Virus record (IMG/VR): IMGVR_UViG_3300020198_000002
Coordinates: 32,001-96,000 of that record
Source: a virus
Length of the DNA: 64,000 nt
Direction: 5' to 3' (one strand)
The notes beneath the pieces were generated by a model. That model had not been told where the DNA came from, searched no databases, and saw nothing but the letters and a program-made list of their open reading frames with translations. A program made the position numbers and the translations under genes. Below, in pieces: positions 56,972-64,000 of the stretch (position 1 is its first letter; the number at the start of each line of letters is the position of its first letter).

Positions 56972-58090
56972 ATGATACTTGAAGTAGATGACGCTGTTTA
57001 TGCGGCAAACAAATTTATTGATTATTTTTCGAATAAGGGACGAATTGATGAATATCTTCGTACTGTAAAACTTGATAGGATGGCTCAGAAAACTCCAAGC
57101 CTTCCAGGGTTTGGGCCAGAAGATGATATGTTTTCTGATTTTGATATTCATCCAAATGATATGGACTTTAAAGTATATGCTGCCGGCGAATCTGGTAGTT
57201 ATACTAATCAGTTTTTTAATGATCGTTTGCAGATTACTACGTCACATGCAATTGAGGATTGTGTTCCTGGGAAATCATTGAAGTGGATTGTCCAAGAAAC
57301 AAATACTAAAAAAATTGTAGGTTTCATAAGATTTGGTTCTCCCACAATTAATTCCAAACCTAGAAATCTTTGGCTCAATCAAGTTCCCGATTTGACTAGG
57401 TTTAATCGACATGCAATTATGGGGTTCATTATTGTTCCAACTCAACCCTTCGGATTTAATTATCTTGGGGGAAAATTACTCGCTCTTATGTGTTGTTCTC
57501 ATATGGCTAGAGAAACGTTAAATAATAAGTATGATGCAGATATTTGTTTGTTCGAGACCACTTCTTTGTATGGTTCTAGTAAAACATCATCTCAATATGA
57601 TGGACTGAAACCAATGATGAAGTATCGAGGACTCACTGAGAGTGATTTTACTCCTCTTCTGCATGATGATATTTTCCACGATCTAAACAAATGGTTTATA
57701 ATCAGGAACAACGACAAGACTTTAGTAAAGGAAGACGCATCGAGTCGCAAGCTGAAAACACAACAGAAGATGATATCAATTATCAAGAAAAGTTTACCTT
57801 CTCAAAAGGGTGTGGAGTTTCAGGATGCGATTGTAAATGCAAAAAATCTAACTGAAAAGAAAAGATTTTACACGTCTGACTATGGGTTTAGGAATTCTAG
57901 AGAAGTTATCTTGGGAATAGAAGATAAACTTATTCCCGCAGATAACCATGACAGGTATGATTTTTATAACTTAGTTTCTTGGTGGAAAAGAAAAGCTTCT
58001 AACCGATATGAAACTTTGAAATCAGAGGGTAGATTAAGAACGGAACTAGAAACATGGAATATTAATTCAAATATTGATATTATACGATAA
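56972..58090 (+). CDS. DUF4338 (DruA-like) family protein
   Basis: VPTQPFGFNYLGGKLLAL.C.S, FETTSLYG..SSQY motifs; likely ATG at 56972. Confidence 0.7.
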   Translation: MILEVDDAVYAANKFIDYFSNKGRIDEYLRTVKLDRMAQKTPSLPGFGPEDDMFSDFDIHPNDMDFKVYAAGESGSYTNQFFNDRLQITTSHAIEDCVPGKSLKWIVQETNTKKIVGFIRFGSPTINSKPRNLWLNQVPDLTRFNRHAIMGFIIVPTQPFGFNYLGGKLLALMCCSHMARETLNNKYDADICLFETTSLYGSSKTSSQYDGLKPMMKYRGLTESDFTPLLHDDIFHDLNKWFIIRNNDKTLVKEDASSRKLKTQQKMISIIKKSLPSQKGVEFQDAIVNAKNLTEKKRFYTSDYGFRNSREVILGIEDKLIPADNHDRYDFYNLVSWWKRKASNRYETLKSEGRLRTELETWNINSNIDIIR

Positions 58091-58422
58091 TGCTTGGTAA
58101 ACATTGTTTTTTAAGTCTCTATGATTGCGATAGGACTGTATTAGATAGTAAAGATATTCTAATAGAAATAATAGAAAAAGCCGCAGAAATTTCTGGAGCA
58201 ACAGTAGTTCAAACCATTTACAAAAAATTTGAACCTCAGGGAGTTACTATCATTACTCTGCTTGAAGAAAGTCATATTAGTATCCACACTTGGCCAGAGA
58301 CTGGAGAAGCTGCTGTTGATATTTTTACCTGCGGTCAGAAATGCAAACCCACCAGGGGTGCGGATTATATCGTAGAAAAACTTGGACCCAGTAGTTACAA
58401 TATGGATGTTGTTGACCGATGA
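58090..58422 (+). CDS. speD: S-adenosylmethionine decarboxylase proenzyme (pyruvoyl-dependent)
   Basis: GKH, FEPQGVT...LEESHISIHTWPE..AAVDIFTCG. Confidence 0.92.
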   Translation: MLGKHCFLSLYDCDRTVLDSKDILIEIIEKAAEISGATVVQTIYKKFEPQGVTIITLLEESHISIHTWPETGEAAVDIFTCGQKCKPTRGADYIVEKLGPSSYNMDVVDR

Positions 58423-58808
58423 ACTATGATCTTAAGGATTATTTGAATTCAATTAATCACACAAAAGAAAATTTGATGGGATCTGATGATGTAATGTGGG
58501 AGAAAAAATATCCTGCATTTATTATCAATAAATGTCTATCTGGATTTGTAGATACAATTATGTTTGCAAATGAAATGAATATGAAACACGTTCTTCCATC
58601 AAAGTTGCAATATGACTTTTATCTAAATAGTATCAGGAAGAAAAAAAGATTTTCTCCTTGGCTAAGAAAAGAAAAAATTCAAAACCTTGATGCAGTAAAA
58701 TCGTACTATGGTTATAGTAATGATAAAGCAATGCAGGCTTTGAGAATCTTAAATAGAGAACAAATCGATTACATTAAAAAGCGACTTGATGTTGGAGGTA
58801 GAAAATGA
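58419..58808 (+). CDS. gp62: clamp loader small subunit gp62
   Basis: YPAFIINKCLS, QYDFYLNSIRKKKRFSPW, YYGYS. Confidence 0.92.
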   Translation: MNYDLKDYLNSINHTKENLMGSDDVMWEKKYPAFIINKCLSGFVDTIMFANEMNMKHVLPSKLQYDFYLNSIRKKKRFSPWLRKEKIQNLDAVKSYYGYSNDKAMQALRILNREQIDYIKKRLDVGGRK

Positions 58809-59236
58809 CTGCATTTGCAGAACCCGAAATTAAATGGTCTCCCGACCAGATGGTTGAGGTGACTCTTAATGAACCCGATGATTTCCTGAAAGTTCGTGAA
58901 ACTTTGACTCGCATTGGAGTCGCTTCTAGAAAAGAAAAGAAAATATATCAGTCATGTCACATCTTACATAAACAAGGTAGATACTACATTGTTCACTTTA
59001 AGGAACTGTTTGCTCTGGATGGTAAACACGCCAACTTGACCGTGAATGATGTTCAACGTAGAAATAGGATTATAAATCTACTTTCTGACTGGGGACTAGT
59101 CTCTGTAGTAGATGATACTTCTACTAGTGACGTGGCTCCTCTCAATCAAATAAAAGTTCTTTCCTATAAGGATAAGGGTGATTGGACCTTAGAAAGTAAG
59201 TATAATATTGGTAAGAAAAAGAAAGTAGAAAATTGA
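58805..59236 (+). CDS. regA: translational repressor RegA
   Basis: DDFLKVRETLTRIGVAS, QSCHILHKQGRYYIVHFKELF. Confidence 0.96.
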   Translation: MTAFAEPEIKWSPDQMVEVTLNEPDDFLKVRETLTRIGVASRKEKKIYQSCHILHKQGRYYIVHFKELFALDGKHANLTVNDVQRRNRIINLLSDWGLVSVVDDTSTSDVAPLNQIKVLSYKDKGDWTLESKYNIGKKKKVEN

Positions 59237-59245
59237 GGATGTTGA

Positions 59246-59815
59246 ATGATTTTGGTGCCTCCCTGCTCTCCCCCAGAGGGAGCAACGTGCCCTTTTGTAT
59301 ATGCAGATGGGGTCTTTACGGAACAGGAACTTGATAAAATAGATTGCATAGTTGGTGGACTGGAGTTAACTGATGCTGGAACTCAGATATACAATGAAAA
59401 TTATAGAAATTCTTTAGTATCTTTCTTTGATTCTAATGATGAAACTAACTGGATTTTTAACAAACTTGTCCATGTAGTCCATCAATTAAACTCAAAATAT
59501 TACAGATTCAATCTATCCGTGATGGATAGTATTCAATATGCTTTTTATGATTCTGAGTTTGGTGGAAAATATGATTGGCACCATGATTACAATGAGGGAC
59601 TTTTTCCATCTAGAAAATTGACAGTAGTCGTTCAGTTATCCGAACCAGAAGAATATGATGGTGGGATTTTGGAAATATTCCCAGATTCTCAGGTAGAAAA
59701 GAAACGAGGATTGGTTTGTATGTTTCCCTCATATGCATATCATAGAGTTACTCCTATTGTTTCTGGTAAAAGAAAAGTTCTAGTCGCTTGGATATGGGGC
59801 CCGCCATTCAGTTAA
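59246..59815 (+). CDS. 2OG-Fe(II) oxygenase (prolyl-hydroxylase/PKHD type)
   Basis: YDWHHD, RKLTVVVQLS..EEYDGG, FPSY..HRVTP..SG.R..LVAW. Confidence 0.88.
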   Translation: MILVPPCSPPEGATCPFVYADGVFTEQELDKIDCIVGGLELTDAGTQIYNENYRNSLVSFFDSNDETNWIFNKLVHVVHQLNSKYYRFNLSVMDSIQYAFYDSEFGGKYDWHHDYNEGLFPSRKLTVVVQLSEPEEYDGGILEIFPDSQVEKKRGLVCMFPSYAYHRVTPIVSGKRKVLVAWIWGPPFS

Positions 59816-59829
59816 CCGAATAAAAATAT

Positions 59830-59853
59830 ACGGGATTTATCACCCGTTTTTTT
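59830..59853 (+). terminator. rho-independent terminator
   Basis: ACGGG-N8-CCCGT plus T-tract. Confidence 0.6.
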
Positions 59854-59930
59854 GTACGATGTCTTATAATTACTATTGAACGCCTTCGGGGTTCACAAAA
59901 CATAAACTCGCTTTTAAAGGAGCTACTATA

Positions 59931-60365
59931 ATGACTAACCTTACAAGGTATGCTGCTGCGGATCTTCCTGCACTGATGGACAGAATCACTCGCAATAGTA
60001 TTGGTATGGATGAATACTTTGATCGAATTTTTAATCTTCATGAAACTACATCAAATTATCCTCCCTATAATCTTATTCAAGTAAATAATGTTGAGTCGTA
60101 TTTGGAAATTGCGCTCGCGGGGTTTAGAAGGGAAGAAGTCAATGTATTCACAGAGTATGGAAAACTTTTTGTTGAGGGACAAAAAAAAGAAGTCGATGAG
60201 GATAGGACGTTTGTCCACAAGGGAGTGGCTAGCAGAAGTTTTAAACGAGCGTGGACTCTATCCGATGACACCGAAGTTGGGGAGGTCACATTTGAGGACG
60301 GACTTCTACGGATCGTACTTAGGAAAATAGTTCCAGAACATCATGCTCGCAAAGATTATCTCTAA
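59931..60365 (+). CDS. hsp20: small heat shock protein Hsp20
   Basis: NYPPYNLI, LEIALAGF, HKGVASRSFKRAWTL, FEDGLLRI; AAGGAG RBS. Confidence 0.93.
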   Translation: MTNLTRYAAADLPALMDRITRNSIGMDEYFDRIFNLHETTSNYPPYNLIQVNNVESYLEIALAGFRREEVNVFTEYGKLFVEGQKKEVDEDRTFVHKGVASRSFKRAWTLSDDTEVGEVTFEDGLLRIVLRKIVPEHHARKDYL

Positions 60366-60388
60366 ATATATTTGAATATCGTCGGCGC

Positions 60389-60431
60389 GAGGAGGACCTG
60401 GCAAAATCCAGGTTGACTCCTCCTTTTTTTT
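60389..60431 (+). terminator. terminator after hsp20, overlapping a sigma70 promoter (TTGACT 60413-N17-TAGAGT 60436)
   Basis: GAGGAGGACCTGG/CCAGGTTGACTCCTC imperfect stem plus T8. Confidence 0.7.
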
Positions 60432-60461
60432 GTGGTAGAGTGGAGTGTATTCGGTAATAGT

Positions 60462-60779
60462 ATGACGATAAAATTACTTTTGCTTAAGTCTGGAGAAGAA
60501 GTAATTGCTAATGTGCAAGAACTTGTAGATGAAGATGAGAAACCATTGTTCATCGTGCTCACAGATCCGTTTATGGTAAAACTTGTAGAGAATCCAGAAC
60601 TATTGGTAGAGGGAGTATCTTCCGATCAGAAGAATAGGTATAGTGTAAAGTTTTATCAGTGGATGCCTTTGTCTGCAGAAAATAGAATTGCAGTGGATCC
60701 AACCTGGATTGTAACCGCAGTTGAACCATTAGAACTAGTAAAAAAATCCTATATGGAGAAAACCAATGGATGTGAATGA
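60462..60779 (+). CDS. conserved hypothetical protein (Sm-like fold suspected)
   Basis: MTIKLLLLKSGEEVIA...WMPLS; usual gene pair between hsp20 and gp43. Confidence 0.75.
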   Translation: MTIKLLLLKSGEEVIANVQELVDEDEKPLFIVLTDPFMVKLVENPELLVEGVSSDQKNRYSVKFYQWMPLSAENRIAVDPTWIVTAVEPLELVKKSYMEKTNGCE

Positions 60780-61077
60780 CGTAAATATTCAAATCATATT
60801 ATTGTCCAATGACGAAGTATTAATTACTCAAATAGAGGAAATTGTTGCTGATCTTGGTGAACCAAATTGTAGATTAATTTCTCCCTATAAGATCGTTTGT
60901 AGTCCAAGTGATAGATCTTATGATACAGTTAGTACATTTGATGCCGATAAACTAGTTCCTTGGCTAAGTAATTTCACCGACGATTCGGAAATTCTTATTT
61001 CTTCGGATAAGATACTCACAATAGTTGAACCACATAAACATATTATTGATCTTTACTTGAAATTGGCCACAACATGA
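60766..61077 (+). CDS. conserved hypothetical protein
   Basis: LGEPNCRLISPY...LVPWL...ILTIVEP. Confidence 0.75.
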   Translation: MDVNDVNIQIILLSNDEVLITQIEEIVADLGEPNCRLISPYKIVCSPSDRSYDTVSTFDADKLVPWLSNFTDDSEILISSDKILTIVEPHKHIIDLYLKLATT

Positions 61078-63575
61078 GATTTTACACTAACGTTTTTCAA
61101 TTTGGAAATAATATTTTAGTTCGTGGTTATGAAGATGGAAAACATTTTAGTGATAAAGTAGAATTTTGCCCAACGTTCTTTGTTCCCACTAAGAAAAAAT
61201 CTAAGTGGAAAACTTTAGAGGGCATTGCGGTTGAATCTGTCAATCCAGGTACTATCAAAGATTGTAAGGATTTTATTGAAAAGTATTCTGGTATTAGTGG
61301 ATTTGATGTGTATGGAAATGAAAGGTATGTGCATCAATATATTTCCGAAAAATATCCAGAAGACGAAATAAAATTTGATATTAATAAAATTAAACTTGTA
61401 ACGATTGACATTGAGGTTGCTGCTGAAAGCGGATTCCCCGATGTTTTTAACTGTGCTGAGGAAATCCTTCTCATAACAATTCGTGATTATTCTACCAAGA
61501 AAATTATTACTTTTGGTTCTAGACCTTACGAAAATAATAGTAGAGAAAATTATAATTATATCCTTTGTGACTCTGAATATGACTTAATCCATTCGTTTTT
61601 GAATTGGTGGGAAGAAAATTCTCCAGAAGTTATCACTGGATGGAACTGTGAACTATATGATATTCCCTATCTTATTGGTAGGGTAGATCGTATTATGGGA
61701 GAGAAGATTGCAAAAAAATTTTCTCCATGGGGTATAGTAAGAAAGAACGAACTAGTAATCTCTGGTCGTAAACAAATTTCATATGAAATTGCTGGTATTT
61801 CTATCATCGATTATTTGGATTTGTATAAAAAATCTCCTGCAACTCCTAACCAAGAAAGCTATCGACTGGATCATATTGCTTTTGTGGAGCTTGGATCTCG
61901 CAAGTTAGACCACAGTGAATTTGATACATTCAAGGAGTTCTATTCAAAAGACTGGAATAAATTTGTAGATTACAACATTATTGACGTAGAACTTGTAGAT
62001 AAATTAGAGGACAAATTGAAACTGATTGATCTATGTTTTACTAGGGCATATGACGCAAAAGTTTCTTTTACTGATATTGCCTACCAGGTTCGTACATGGG
62101 ATGCAATTATCTACAATTATTTGAAGAAAAAGAATATTGTAATTCCTCAAAAAGAAAGGAACTCCAAGGATGAAAAATATGCTGGTGCCTATGTGAAAGA
62201 ACCAATTCCAGGGAAGTATGATTGGGTTGTCTCTTTTGATCTTAACTCTCTATATCCACACCTCATTATGCAATACAATATTTCTCCAGAAACTTTAATG
62301 GAAGAAAGACACTCATCTGCAACCGTAGATAAGGTTTTGAATCAAGAACTTACTTTTGAATTGTATAAAGATTATGCGGTTTGCGCTAATGGTGCAATGT
62401 ACCGTAAGGATGTTCGCGGATTTCTTCCAGAACTCATGGAAAAAATGTATAATGAAAGAGTCATCTTTAAGAAGAAGATGATCGATGCTAAAAAAGAGTA
62501 TGAAAAAACTAAAGATAAAAATCTCATAAAAGAAATTGCAAGATGTAATAATATTCAGATGGCGAAAAAAATTGCACTTAACTCCGCTTATGGTGCTATC
62601 GGCAATCAGTATTTTCGTTATTATAAACTAGCAAACGCAGAGGCAATTACTCTATCTGGTCAGGTTTCCATTCGCTGGATTGAGAACAAGATGAATGCCT
62701 ATCTCAACAAACTTCTAAAAACTAGTGAGGTTGACTATGTTATCGCTTCTGATACCGATTCCATTTATCTTAATATGGGTCCTCTGGTCGAAACTGTATA
62801 CAAAGGAAGAGAGAAAACTACTCAAGGCGTTGTTTCGTTCCTTGATAAAATCTGTCAAATGGAACTTGAAAAATATATTGAAAGTTGTTACCAAGAATTG
62901 GCCGACTATGTGAACGCATACGATCAGAAGATGCAGATGAAACGTGAGAACATTGCCGAACGTGGAATCTGGACCGCAAAGAAAAGATACATTTTAAATG
63001 TTTGGGATAGTGAAGGTGTTCGTTATTCTGAACCAAAACTTAAAATCATGGGTATTGAAGCAATTAAAACTTCAACCCCTGCTCCTGTAAGGAACATGAT
63101 TAAGGATGGTCTTAAACTTATGATGAGTGGCACCGAAGACACCATGATCGAATTCATCAAATCTTGTCGTAAAGAATTTAAAGAACTTCCACCTGAACAA
63201 ATTGCTTTCCCCAGAAGTGTGACCGAAATAAACAAATGGAAGTCTTCTTCTTCAATGTATGAAAAGGGATGTCCCATCCATGTAAGAGGAGTTATTTTGT
63301 ATAACTTTCATACTAAGAAAAATAATCTTGATAAAAAGTATGCACCTATTCAAAGTGGAGAGAAGATTAAGTTCGTCTATTTGACGATACCAAATCCAAT
63401 TCAAGAAAATGTTTTATCTTTCATTCAAGATTTTCCTGCAGAACTAAATCTAACAAAATATGTTGATTATGATTTGCAGTTTAATAAGTCTTTTATTGAA
63501 CCGATTAAAATTATTTTGGATTGTATTGGGTGGAGTATTGAGAAAACTAATACTTTGGAAAGTTTCTTCGTATGA
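61074..63575 (+). CDS. gp43: DNA polymerase gp43 (family B)
   Basis: DIEV ExoI, SFDLNSLYPH, KKIALNSAYGAIGN, SDTDS. Confidence 0.97.
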   Translation: MRFYTNVFQFGNNILVRGYEDGKHFSDKVEFCPTFFVPTKKKSKWKTLEGIAVESVNPGTIKDCKDFIEKYSGISGFDVYGNERYVHQYISEKYPEDEIKFDINKIKLVTIDIEVAAESGFPDVFNCAEEILLITIRDYSTKKIITFGSRPYENNSRENYNYILCDSEYDLIHSFLNWWEENSPEVITGWNCELYDIPYLIGRVDRIMGEKIAKKFSPWGIVRKNELVISGRKQISYEIAGISIIDYLDLYKKSPATPNQESYRLDHIAFVELGSRKLDHSEFDTFKEFYSKDWNKFVDYNIIDVELVDKLEDKLKLIDLCFTRAYDAKVSFTDIAYQVRTWDAIIYNYLKKKNIVIPQKERNSKDEKYAGAYVKEPIPGKYDWVVSFDLNSLYPHLIMQYNISPETLMEERHSSATVDKVLNQELTFELYKDYAVCANGAMYRKDVRGFLPELMEKMYNERVIFKKKMIDAKKEYEKTKDKNLIKEIARCNNIQMAKKIALNSAYGAIGNQYFRYYKLANAEAITLSGQVSIRWIENKMNAYLNKLLKTSEVDYVIASDTDSIYLNMGPLVETVYKGREKTTQGVVSFLDKICQMELEKYIESCYQELADYVNAYDQKMQMKRENIAERGIWTAKKRYILNVWDSEGVRYSEPKLKIMGIEAIKTSTPAPVRNMIKDGLKLMMSGTEDTMIEFIKSCRKEFKELPPEQIAFPRSVTEINKWKSSSSMYEKGCPIHVRGVILYNFHTKKNNLDKKYAPIQSGEKIKFVYLTIPNPIQENVLSFIQDFPAELNLTKYVDYDLQFNKSFIEPIKIILDCIGWSIEKTNTLESFFV

Positions 63576-64000
63576 TTAGTATGTTTGCCAGGCACCCATT
63601 TGGTCCTGTCGTATTGGAAGCTGAATGCCCTGAATCTATAATTGATGGTCTCAACGATCTTATCGATAATATGTCAGAAGATAAATTGAAAATTTGTTCT
63701 TCTAGACATAATGATTCGAGTATCCCTAATTTACTTAATAGGGGATTTGAAATTGTTTATCTACTTAAAGATGATGTTGAGGAGTTATCATATGATGATT
63801 ATCTTTTGGCAATATCGGCCGAATATCTTAGATATTTGAATAGACCTGTTGATGGACTTTACTTGCCCGATCCAATTTTTTCTGATAAATTCTACGACGT
63901 TTGGATTAATAGATACTTCAAGGGCGATATTACTCCCCCACATGGACATGCTCATTATCTTTCTGGAGTAACAATTTTAAAATTACCTACTGATGTTTCT
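63572..64000 (+). CDS. 2OG-Fe(II) oxygenase-like protein, 3' truncated by window edge
   Basis: ATGA overlap with gp43; open to the end; VWINRYFKGDITPPHGH...LSGV. Confidence 0.7.
   Translation, partial: MISMFARHPFGPVVLEAECPESIIDGLNDLIDNMSEDKLKICSSRHNDSSIPNLLNRGFEIVYLLKDDVEELSYDDYLLAISAEYLRYLNRPVDGLYLPDPIFSDKFYDVWINRYFKGDITPPHGHAHYLSGVTILKLPTDVS

Noticed and set aside
2377-63277. The many 60-135 aa minus-strand ORFs in the track other than hldD
   Set aside because: All lie antisense to well-supported + strand genes and have no recognisable motifs.
1-64000. tRNA, rRNA, CRISPR array, intron/intein, integrase or transposase
   Set aside because: Intergenic gaps are short and show no cloverleaf or repeat-spacer pattern; gp17, gp20, gp23, gp43 and gp46 are uninterrupted and of normal length.
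1-64000. Stop-codon reassignment (alternative genetic code)
   Set aside because: Core genes are full length under the standard code and end in TAA, TGA and TAG (e.g. gp17 and gp47 end in TAG).

Overview
64 kb from an AT-rich T4-like cyanomyovirus-type phage genome, with almost all genes on the + strand. Order: (1) 1-16.5 kb, tail/baseplate/fibre structural genes, including a 1526-aa repeat protein, a 1272-aa fibre, three Cys-rich paralogous fibre-tip-like genes and a tail-fibre chaperone; (2) 16.6-26.4 kb, a modification island (GT9-like glycosyltransferase, carbamoyltransferase, flavin-dependent halogenase-like protein, four 2OG-Fe(II) oxygenases, ADP-heptose-type pathway); (3) 26.5-42 kb, T4 core morphogenesis gp13-gp23 and gp3; (4) 42-64 kb, uvsY, uvsW, gp55, gp47/46, a CobT/CobS-like pair, gp45/44/62, speD, regA, hsp20 and gp43, with accessory oxygenases and a second halogenase-like gene. 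The most striking unexplained signal is at 7001-8282, the last ~1.28 kb of the 1526-aa gene: it has no TAA/TAG/TGA in any + strand frame, against ~50 by hand count in the preceding 1.3 kb, and the -1 frame ends 3 nt before, and in frame with, the next gene. Second is the Cys-rich paralog trio showing gene-conversion tracts beside a heptosylation/carbamoylation/halogenation/hydroxylation island, a candidate virion-decoration system. All family calls are from motif recognition and synteny; no database searches were run.
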